From Muribaculaceae bacterium (lineage in GTDB: Bacteria; Bacteroidota; Bacteroidia; Bacteroidales; Muribaculaceae): a DNA stretch of 64,000 bases. A program made the position numbers and the translations under genes. Location: the NCBI GenBank assembly GCA_009775225.1, contig VSPE01000004.1, forward strand, positions 15,667 through 79,666, read 5' to 3'. The notes below the pieces were generated by a model that did not search any database, was not told the origin of the DNA, and worked only from the letters and a program-made list of their open reading frames with translations. Below, piece after piece: positions 27,527-34,765 of this stretch. Every line of letters begins with the position of its first letter. Position 1 is the first letter of the stretch.

Positions 27527-29047
27527 TTATTCAAGGTAGTTCTCGGTGTTGTTCCTGAGGTATTCTTCGATGCGGGCTATGTCGTCGTAGAATGGGGTGT
27601 CTTCCACGAAGCGCGGGCATATAGCGCGAACGGCATCGTACTGCTCGCGGGTGCGGGGCGAGAGTTTGTCGGCAATGCCGAGGCAGTCGGTGGCCTGTGC
27701 GAGCGCTATGAAGAGGATGCTCATGACCTGATATGCGTTGTCGATTACCCGACGGCACAGGAGGGCACTGTTTGTGCCCATGCTCACTATATCCTGGTTG
27801 TCGTTGTTGTTCGGTATGCTGTGCACGTAGTTCGGCATGGCGAGCGTCTGGCACTCGGCGGTGGTGGAGGTGGCAGTGAACTGGCAGGCCTGCATGCCGT
27901 AGTTCAGGCCGAGTACGCCCATGTTCAGGAAGGGCGGCAGTATACCGTTTATACGGTCGTGGAAGAGGTAGTTTAACTGTCGCTCGGCAGTCATAGCCAC
28001 TCTTACAATTGCTATTTTTACCTTGTCGGCTTCGAGTGAGATGTAGTCGCCGTGGAAGTTGCCGCCGTGGTAAATGTTTTTTGTCGTATAGTCGACTATA
28101 GGGTTGTCGCAGGCGGAGTTCAGTTCGTTTTCGAGTACTTGTGCTGCGTTTGCGAGGGTGTCGTATACGGGGCCGTAGATTTGTGGTATGCAGCGCAGGG
28201 AGTAATATGCCTGTACTTTGTGCTCGAAGTATGAGTCGCGGTTTCGCTCGGGGTCGTACAGTTCGTGTTCGCGTTTCTGAAGGTGCCTGCTTCCTTGGCT
28301 TGCCTGCCTCAGCCAGCGTGCTATCACCTGCTGTCCGGGCTGTCGGCGGCATATATTCTCTTCGACCGACATGTAGTCGTCGAACGAGTCGGCTATTTCG
28401 TTGAGCCAGGCCGAAGCAAGTGTGGCGTGGCGGAGAAGGCGTTCGGCATAGTACATGTTGACAATGGAGATGCCGGTCATGACTGAAGTACCGTTCGTAA
28501 CCGATAGGCCCTCGCGTATGTATATACGCATAGGTTCGAGGCCTTCGGCTTTGAGAACGTCGGCCGAGGGGCGCCATTCGCCTCTGTAGTGAACTTTTCC
28601 TTCGCCTATCAGGCATAGGGCAATGTGTGCGAGCTGTACGAGGTCGCCGCTTGCCCCTACGCTTCCGTGCTGAGGAATAAAGGGGTATATGCCTCTGTTT
28701 ACGAACTCTTGCAGAAGCTCTATTACCGAGGGGTGTATGCCGGAGCGAGCCTGCATGAATGTGCCTATTCGTGCGAGCATTGCGGCCCGAATCTCGACAT
28801 CGGGGAGGGGGGCGCCGGCGCCTGTGGCGTGGCTGCGTATAATGTTGTATTGAAGTTCTTTGAGGTGGCTGTCGTCGACACGCCATTGTGCCATGGGGCC
28901 GAAGCCGGTGTTGATGCCGTATATTACTTTGTCGGCGACAAAGCTTTTGAGGAATTCATAGCTTTCGGCGACCTGCTTCATTTCTCCTTCCGGAAGTGTA
29001 AGTTCTGTGTTTCCGAACAGGATATCATATACTGAGGATAGTTTCAT
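27527..29047 (-). CDS. aromatic amino acid ammonia-lyase (HAL/PAL/TAL family); context suggests tyrosine ammonia-lyase
   Basis: GSVGASGDLVQLAH contains the Ala-Ser-Gly triad that forms the MIO cofactor. The ORF-track start at 29074 is TTG, and the first ATG at 29045-29047 gives 506 aa. Substrate assignment is inferred from the flexirubin-type context only. Confidence 0.85.
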   Translation of the reverse strand: MKLSSVYDILFGNTELTLPEGEMKQVAESYEFLKSFVADKVIYGINTGFGPMAQWRVDDSHLKELQYNIIRSHATGAGAPLPDVEIRAAMLARIGTFMQARSGIHPSVIELLQEFVNRGIYPFIPQHGSVGASGDLVQLAHIALCLIGEGKVHYRGEWRPSADVLKAEGLEPMRIYIREGLSVTNGTSVMTGISIVNMYYAERLLRHATLASAWLNEIADSFDDYMSVEENICRRQPGQQVIARWLRQASQGSRHLQKREHELYDPERNRDSYFEHKVQAYYSLRCIPQIYGPVYDTLANAAQVLENELNSACDNPIVDYTTKNIYHGGNFHGDYISLEADKVKIAIVRVAMTAERQLNYLFHDRINGILPPFLNMGVLGLNYGMQACQFTATSTTAECQTLAMPNYVHSIPNNNDNQDIVSMGTNSALLCRRVIDNAYQVMSILFIALAQATDCLGIADKLSPRTREQYDAVRAICPRFVEDTPFYDDIARIEEYLRNNTENYLE

Positions 29048-29102
29048 AGTAAAAATTCTGTGTTTCCTTTTCAAGAAGTGTCAATGGTTAGCAGATGACC
29101 TA

Positions 29103-29110
29103 CAAAGGTA
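29103..29110 (-). promoter_or_regulatory. candidate -7 promoter box (TACCTTTG) for the pigment cluster
   Basis: Plus strand caaaggta. It lies 55 nt upstream of the ATG at 29047. No -33 box was seen. Confidence 0.4.
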
Positions 29111-29184
29111 ATAAAAATCTTCGGGTCTCGGTCGATTTCGCAGATTTTTTTGTGGAAAAACATTGCTAAACCTCTTCTTCTGGC

Positions 29185-29192
29185 TATCTTTG
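29185..29192 (+). promoter_or_regulatory. candidate -7 promoter box (TATCTTTG) for the acetyltransferase gene
   Basis: Matches TAnnTTTG, 33 nt upstream of the ATG at 29226. A near -33 element (ATTG) sits at 29162-29165. Confidence 0.4.
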
Positions 29193-29210
29193 TGTTTAAT
29201 ATGTAGATAA

Positions 29211-29245
29211 AATAGTTGCTTAACAATGATTATTAGTCAACCTTT
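29211..29245. repeat. degenerate copy (C) of a ~35-bp palindromic repeat family
   Basis: aatagttgcttaacaatgattattagtcaaccttt. Over the wider 37-nt stretch ending in taag, 30 of 37 positions match copy A. It contains the ATG of the acetyltransferase ORF. Confidence 0.45.
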
Positions 29246-29831
29246 AAGAATAGACCTTACGCAGCAGACTTCGGAAGAGAAGGCTCTGGCGACCGCGCAG
29301 TCGCAGCTCGTGTTCAGTTTCAACCACACAATGCCCGGCACAGAGGAGTATGCCGGGCTGATGAGACGTATTTTTACCGATATGGGTGAGGGTAGCAGGG
29401 TAGAGGCTCCTGTCACTGTGGTGCGGCCTCAGAATGTGAAGATAGGTCGCAATGTGGTGGTTATGCCCGGTTGTCTGATGATGTCGGCCGGCGGCATCAC
29501 AATAGACGACGGTGCCATGCTTGCCGCTAATGTGCAGATTATATCCAACAACCACGACCTGCATGAGCGCCATGTCATCACATGCCTGCCTGTGCATATA
29601 GGAAAGGGGGCGTGGATTGGCGCCGGCGCGACAATCCTCCCGGGTGTCACGGTAGGCGACAACGCTGTGGTGGGTGCTGCGAGTGTGGTTACGCACGATG
29701 TGCCCGCCGATGTTGTTGTAGTCGGAAATCCGGCAAAGTTCATACGCAGGGTGCCTCAGGCCGCCGACTGTGCCGCTATGCCCGACGATGCTTTCGGGGT
29801 ACAGCTCGGGCTTGACAGCTGCGGCGACTGA
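29226..29831 (+). CDS. hexapeptide-repeat (LbH) O-acetyltransferase, maltose/galactoside acetyltransferase-like
   Basis: 201 aa. VHIGKGAWIGAGATILPGVTVGDNAVVGAASVVTHDVPADVVVVGNPAKFIR parallels the C-terminal half of E. coli Maa. The N-terminal Mac-type region appears shortened. Confidence 0.85.
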   Translation: MIISQPLRIDLTQQTSEEKALATAQSQLVFSFNHTMPGTEEYAGLMRRIFTDMGEGSRVEAPVTVVRPQNVKIGRNVVVMPGCLMMSAGGITIDDGAMLAANVQIISNNHDLHERHVITCLPVHIGKGAWIGAGATILPGVTVGDNAVVGAASVVTHDVPADVVVVGNPAKFIRRVPQAADCAAMPDDAFGVQLGLDSCGD

Positions 29832-29837
29832 GCCGCT

Positions 29838-31904
29838 CTATCGGAGTATTGAGCTTGATATATGGCTTTCGCCGCTCAGCTCGTCGGCCCGGCTGACTTT
29901 ACGGCCATAGTTGAAGGTATAGGTAATGCCGAGTGCTATGCGCCTGTGGTACATTGAGCCAAGACGTGTGAGCGCGCTGTCGTACCAGCGTGTGGCGAGC
30001 GTGTCGGTGCTTATCCGCCATGATGAGTTGAACCAGTTGGCACAGACGATACTTATGTTCCAGCCTTTTGCCGCCCAGCCTGCGCTCACGGAGTATTCCG
30101 AGGGCATTTTACGCAGATACGAAGTCTCGCCGTCGACGTAGCAGGCGGGGCTTTCCCAGTATGCGCTGAAGAGGAAGTCGCCTGCATGGCAGTCGGCGCT
30201 CGCGCTGACAGTGAAGGGATAGCGTGCTATGCTGTTGCTGCCGGTGGTGTTGTAGAGCAGAAGCCGTGGCGCGGCCGACAGAGAAAGCTTGCCTCCGAAG
30301 AATTTTGCGGAGAGCCTTGCTCCGAGCTGGCCGTGGTTGTAGTCGCCGTCGTTGCGGTACTTTTTCAGCATTGTGCCTCCCGGAGCTTCGGGAGTATAGA
30401 CCTCAATCTGCCGGTCGATGATTTTGAAGAATGTGGCGTAGGCCGACATCTGCCACCTGTTGCCGGGCAGATATGTGTAGCTGATATTGGCGGTTACGGT
30501 GCGGGAGTTGCGGAGGTCGGGGTTGCCGCATATATACATCAGTTCCGACTGTCTTATGATATTGGGGTTTTTCATGGCCGCTCCCGGCGACATTGTGGCA
30601 TATTGCAACCAGATGCTTGCCGAGTGTTTGTCGGAGGGGGCGTATTGCACGTTTATATGGGTGAAGGGGTATCCGTCGTCTGTCTTTCTGCCGTTTATGC
30701 CTGTCGATTCGAAAGCGTATCCCGCGTCGATAGAGCCGCTTGCCTTACGATAGCTCGCGGCCACACCGGCATAGCACGCGGCGAAGTTCTGGCGGAAGTG
30801 GTTTGTGGTGTTGCTTGTGCCGGCATATTCTATCGAAGAGCCGTTTCCGGCGGCCGATAGCGTGGCGAACAGGGTAATGTTGTCGGAGAGCGATTTGTTT
30901 GCCCTGAAGTCGCCACGGAGGTACACGGCGTGTTCGTCGGCGATGTTGTCAATATTTTGAGTCTCGGTTGTGTATGAGTCGTGTGTGTCGTTTTCGAGCG
31001 CTTCGAACTGCGTGGAGCCGTTTAGCGACCAGCCTTTACCGAGTGCGATGTAAAGTTCGCTGTTCCAGCTTATGGCGTTGCTTGTGGCTTGTGAGCCGGC
31101 AGAAAATCCTTGTGGCGGGTACAGGTCGGTGAAAGTCACAGAGCCGTAAGTCTCGCTCACAGGAGTGTGCTTCCTGCGGTATGAAATGATGTTGCGGAAC
31201 GAGAAGCCCGGATCCTTGTTCCACGAGGCTCTCACTCCGCAGTACAGGCTTCTCTCGCGGTGCTTGCCGGCCTCGGCTGCGCTTTCGCGCACGACAGTGG
31301 CCGAGGGGAGGCGATACGTCTCGGTGCCCGATGTGCCGATGTGACGGTTGTAGTCGTAGTCGCCCGACAGCATGACATCGTACTCCATGCTGCGGTGTGC
31401 GAATTTGGAATACAGCGCGGCTTCGCCCGACGAAATGAGGAAACGCTCCTTGGCGGAAAGCTTGGTATAGCCGCCGTACATGTATTGGCGTGTGAAGAAA
31501 TTTACGGCATGTTTCGCTCCGAGAAAGCGAGGGTCGGAGGGGAAGTCGAGATATTCCACTTTCCGAACGTCGGCGGGGTTGAGTCCGGCCAAATCCTGAG
31601 GTGACGCGGGGTGAAAGTTTATGAATATGCTTGCGGGTTGCCCCGAGGCGGTCTTTACCGTAGCCGACATAGGGTTTACGTCGAGCTGCGGTATGTTCAT
31701 CAAGGCAAGAAGAGCCACGCCGTCGGCCGCCGCCTCTTTTTGCCGCATGGTGGGCATGTAGACAGTCTTTCCGGCATCGGCCACGGCGGTTCTGGCTACT
31801 ACGGTGATTTCTTCGAGGCGATTTACACGCGTACTGTCGGGAGCCGGGGCCTGGCCGAGCATCAAATTCGGGAGTGTGAGTAGTGGTATGAGGTAGTGTT
31901 TCAT
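29838..31904 (-). CDS. outer-membrane beta-barrel protein (TonB-dependent-receptor-like, plug-like N-terminus)
   Basis: 688 aa with a signal peptide. The N-terminal plug-like segment is EEITVVART...VKTASGQPASIFINF...VRKVEYLDFP. Long alternating Y/S/G-rich beta-strand sequence follows, ending in an aromatic-rich C-terminus. Confidence 0.7.
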   Translation of the reverse strand: MKHYLIPLLTLPNLMLGQAPAPDSTRVNRLEEITVVARTAVADAGKTVYMPTMRQKEAAADGVALLALMNIPQLDVNPMSATVKTASGQPASIFINFHPASPQDLAGLNPADVRKVEYLDFPSDPRFLGAKHAVNFFTRQYMYGGYTKLSAKERFLISSGEAALYSKFAHRSMEYDVMLSGDYDYNRHIGTSGTETYRLPSATVVRESAAEAGKHRERSLYCGVRASWNKDPGFSFRNIISYRRKHTPVSETYGSVTFTDLYPPQGFSAGSQATSNAISWNSELYIALGKGWSLNGSTQFEALENDTHDSYTTETQNIDNIADEHAVYLRGDFRANKSLSDNITLFATLSAAGNGSSIEYAGTSNTTNHFRQNFAACYAGVAASYRKASGSIDAGYAFESTGINGRKTDDGYPFTHINVQYAPSDKHSASIWLQYATMSPGAAMKNPNIIRQSELMYICGNPDLRNSRTVTANISYTYLPGNRWQMSAYATFFKIIDRQIEVYTPEAPGGTMLKKYRNDGDYNHGQLGARLSAKFFGGKLSLSAAPRLLLYNTTGSNSIARYPFTVSASADCHAGDFLFSAYWESPACYVDGETSYLRKMPSEYSVSAGWAAKGWNISIVCANWFNSSWRISTDTLATRWYDSALTRLGSMYHRRIALGITYTFNYGRKVSRADELSGESHISSSILR

Positions 31905-31909
31905 GGCGG

Positions 31910-31917
31910 CAAAATTA
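31910..31917 (-). promoter_or_regulatory. candidate -7 promoter box (TAATTTTG) abutting the OM-barrel start codon
   Basis: Plus strand caaaatta. Only 5 nt separate the box from the ATG at 31904. No -33 TTTG is present; the direct repeats occupy that position. Confidence 0.45.
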
Positions 31918-31924
31918 GGGCGCT

Positions 31925-31965
31925 GAGTCTTAATGAGTCCTTATGCTGTCTTATTTAGTCTTAAT
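31925..31965. promoter_or_regulatory. four contiguous 10-11-bp direct repeats (consensus nAGTCTTAAT); candidate response-regulator operator
   Basis: GAGTCTTAAT, GAGTCCTTAT, GCTGTCTTATT and TAGTCTTAAT start at 31925, 31935, 31945 and 31956. They lie between the divergent OM-barrel gene and the HK/RR genes. Confidence 0.5.
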
Positions 31966-32013
31966 ATTGAACTGCCGATGCGCCGATATAAGGCGAGAAG
32001 CCGAATAAATTGG

Positions 32014-32021
32014 TAACTTTG
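32014..32021 (+). promoter_or_regulatory. candidate -7 promoter box (TAACTTTG) abutting the histidine kinase start codon
   Basis: Matches TAnnTTTG and ends 4 nt before the ATG at 32026. Confidence 0.45.
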
Positions 32022-32025
32022 CTCC

Positions 32026-33354
32026 ATGAAGCATTTCAGGATTATACTTGCCGCGACACGAATAACTGTTGCCGTACTCTTTGCCGCGAACGTGTTTTTT
32101 ATGGTGCAGCTATATAATTCCATCAAGGCGCGCTATATCGACGATGTGGAGCAGAGTCTTTGCCGTGCCGAGCAGATAGAGATTGTAGAGCGCATAAGCA
32201 AGTCCGGTTTCTCCGATTCCGCCGATATGGTGGCTGTGGCGCTTTTTCTCAAGAAGTCGGATGTGGGCGATGCCTCTACCGTCGACGAGCTTGCTCAGGC
32301 CGGCTATTCGCAAGGGTACAGGCGCCCCGACAAGCAGATTTTGTCGGAGATAACGAAATATCTTCACCATACATACGACGCCGGGCTTGGCGAGCCAGAT
32401 ATTGCCGAACTGGAGTCTGCGTTCAAGCGTGATTTGAATTTCTCAGGCTACTATCCCGAGACAGTGCTCGTGGTCGGGCCCGACGGAGCGGCGGAGTTTA
32501 CGGCGGGATTGTGGGAGATAGTCTACCGGGTTGACGACGGGCTTACATATTATGCCTATATATCTCCGCTGACAGGTAACATACTCGGCGAGATGAGCGG
32601 TGTGATAGCAAGCTCGGCTCTGATAGCGCTGGTGCTTACCTTCGGCTTCTGGTATCTGCTGCATGTGATAGAGCGGCTGCGGACGATAGAGGAGATGAAA
32701 GATGACTTCACCAACAATATGACGCACGAACTGAAAACGCCTATTGCCATAGCCTATGCTGCCAACGATGCCTTGCTCCAATACCCCGAGCCAAGTGACG
32801 AGGAGCGTACACGACGCTATCTTACGGCTGCCCTCGACCAGCTTTCCAAGCTTTCGGGGCTGGTGGAGAATATCCTTGCCATGAGCATGGAGCGGAGGAG
32901 GCATCTTGTGATGAGCAAGGAAAAGATTAGGCTCAAAGAGTTTCTATCGGCCATTGCAGAGCAGCAGAAACTGGGAGCGGGCAAGCCGTGCGATATCGAG
33001 CTGCATTGTGCCGACGATGTTTCGGTGTGGGCCGACCCGACCCACTTTTCAAACGTGATTGGCAATCTTATAGAGAACAGCATCAAGTATTCTGGCCCCG
33101 GGGTCGCAATTGCCATAAAGGCTGATGATAACGGCGTTTCTGTAGAAGACAACGGCCCCGGCATACCCGAGAAATCGTTGCCATATATATTCAACAAGTT
33201 CTACCGCGTGCCACGCGGCAATACGGCGGAGGTGAGAGGATACGGTATAGGTCTGTTCTATGTAAAGTCGATTGTAGACAAGCACGGCTGGCGCATATCG
33301 GCCGACAGCCGTCCCGGCAAAGGATGTAAGTTCACTATAACATTTAGAGTCTGA
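32026..33354 (+). CDS. sensor histidine kinase
   Basis: 442 aa with two TM segments. H-box MTHELKTPI. The N box NLIENSIKYS and G boxes DNGPGI and GYGIGL form the HATPase domain. Confidence 0.9.
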   Translation: MKHFRIILAATRITVAVLFAANVFFMVQLYNSIKARYIDDVEQSLCRAEQIEIVERISKSGFSDSADMVAVALFLKKSDVGDASTVDELAQAGYSQGYRRPDKQILSEITKYLHHTYDAGLGEPDIAELESAFKRDLNFSGYYPETVLVVGPDGAAEFTAGLWEIVYRVDDGLTYYAYISPLTGNILGEMSGVIASSALIALVLTFGFWYLLHVIERLRTIEEMKDDFTNNMTHELKTPIAIAYAANDALLQYPEPSDEERTRRYLTAALDQLSKLSGLVENILAMSMERRRHLVMSKEKIRLKEFLSAIAEQQKLGAGKPCDIELHCADDVSVWADPTHFSNVIGNLIENSIKYSGPGVAIAIKADDNGVSVEDNGPGIPEKSLPYIFNKFYRVPRGNTAEVRGYGIGLFYVKSIVDKHGWRISADSRPGKGCKFTITFRV

Positions 33355-34043
33355 TGGATAAGAGGATACTGCTGGTGGAGGACGACTCCACTCTTTCTAT
33401 GATTGTATCGGAGACACTGCAGCGCGAAGGCTTCGTCGTGGCGACAGCCGCGAACGGAGAGGACGGGATGGAGGAGTTTGCGCGCCGTGGCGCCGACGTA
33501 ATTGTGGCCGACGTGATGATGCCGCGCATGGACGGCTTTGAAATGGCCAGGAGAATACGCCAGACCGACCGTAATGTGCCACTACTCTTTCTTACAGCCA
33601 AATCGTCGATAGATGATATTGTGGAGGGGTTTGAGCTTGGCGGCAACGATTATCTCACGAAGCCGTTCAGGATGCTTGAGCTGGTAGTGCGCGTGAAGGC
33701 TCTTCTGCGAAGATGCGTTCTAGAACCTGAAGCCAGGTTCAGCATAGGGCGTTATACGCTGGATATGAGTACTCAGCGGCTTGAGCATCCCGAATACAGG
33801 AGCATTGAGCTGTCGCAGATAGAGGCCCGGCTTCTTAAAGAGCTTGCCATGAATGTAGGCTCCACGGTGGATGCCTCAACTCTGATGCGGCTGATATGGC
33901 AGCGCGACGACCTGTACAGCCGCAATTCGCTGCACGGGTTTGTGCACAAGCTCCGTCACTACCTCCGTCATGAGCCGGGAATATCTATCCTCAACCGACG
34001 CGGCGTAGGCTATATGCTTGCAGTGAGGCGCGAGCCGATGTAA
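33354..34043 (+). CDS. OmpR/PhoB-family response regulator
   Basis: 229 aa. Receiver domain (ILLVEDD...ADVMMPRMDG...LTAK) plus a winged-helix C-terminus (LS.IEARLLKEL...GVGYML). The start overlaps the HK stop (TGATG). Confidence 0.9.
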   Translation: MDKRILLVEDDSTLSMIVSETLQREGFVVATAANGEDGMEEFARRGADVIVADVMMPRMDGFEMARRIRQTDRNVPLLFLTAKSSIDDIVEGFELGGNDYLTKPFRMLELVVRVKALLRRCVLEPEARFSIGRYTLDMSTQRLEHPEYRSIELSQIEARLLKELAMNVGSTVDASTLMRLIWQRDDLYSRNSLHGFVHKLRHYLRHEPGISILNRRGVGYMLAVRREPM

Positions 34044-34071
34044 GGGTGTGATGCGGCTGCCTATGGCGCTG

Positions 34072-34587
34072 TTATATGGCGCCTTCCAGTGCCAACAGGA
34101 AGCGCTTGGCGTGTATGCCTCCTGCATATCCAGTGAGGCTGCCGTCGGCTCCTGTCACGCGGTGGCAGGGCACGAATATAGATAGCGGATTGGCTCCGAT
34201 AGCATTTGCCACGGCCCGCACGGCTGTGGGACGGCCTATGCGCCGGGCGATTGTGGCATACGATACGGTGGTGCCGTGAGGTATGGAGTGCAGTTCGCTC
34301 CATACTCTTTTACGGAAGTCGGTGCCTATGTGCAGCAATGGGCTGCCGAATTCGAGCGTGCCACCTGCGAAGTAAGCGTCGAGCGCCAGTGCGGCCATGT
34401 CGGTTACGGCTGAGGGGGCTTCTATTACGGTGACGTTCGGCAGGCGGCAAAGGCTGTGCAGTATGCGCGCATGGTGTGTGGCCTCAGTCCAGTCGCACAG
34501 GCAAAGCTGATTGCCGTATGAGCCGAGGGTCAAGCGGCCGCACGGCGAGTTGTAATACTGAATGTAGATTGCTGTTTCGGTTTCCAT
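34072..34587 (-). CDS. ogt: methylated-DNA--protein-cysteine methyltransferase
   Basis: 171 aa with VPCHRV (active-site Cys) and the helix-turn-helix segment TVSYATIARRIGRPTAVRAVANA. Confidence 0.9.
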   Translation of the reverse strand: METETAIYIQYYNSPCGRLTLGSYGNQLCLCDWTEATHHARILHSLCRLPNVTVIEAPSAVTDMAALALDAYFAGGTLEFGSPLLHIGTDFRKRVWSELHSIPHGTTVSYATIARRIGRPTAVRAVANAIGANPLSIFVPCHRVTGADGSLTGYAGGIHAKRFLLALEGAI

Positions 34588-34707
34588 TGGCGTATTGGCT
34601 TGGCAGTAAGCGATTAGCGCTACAGGAGGGCTAAATCGGCTATGCTTTGTGTATTCGCAAATGTAAAGCTACACATTTTCGGTGAAATATGTGCTGCCGG
34701 ATACATG

Positions 34708-34747
34708 AAAAAAATAAGCCGCCGGCCTTAAGCGGGGCCGGTGGCTT
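34708..34747 (-). terminator. rho-independent terminator of the RND efflux operon
   Basis: 12-bp GC-rich stem aagccgccggcc/ggccggtggctt with one mismatch and an 8-nt loop. On the minus strand it is followed by AUUUUUUUC. It lies 19 nt past the stop at 34766. Confidence 0.7.
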
Positions 34748-34765
34748 ATGTAATGAGTGTCGCAG

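Noticed and set aside
27531-28886. 451-aa Arg/Pro/His-rich minus-strand ORF (similar ones at 10338..11447, 7917..8951, 13357..14058 and 20226..20795)
   Set aside because: These are alternative frames of genes whose main frame carries clear catalytic motifs (MIO lyase, CrtI-like, ligase, GT2 fusion, KS). The extreme R/P/H bias is typical of off-frame translation.
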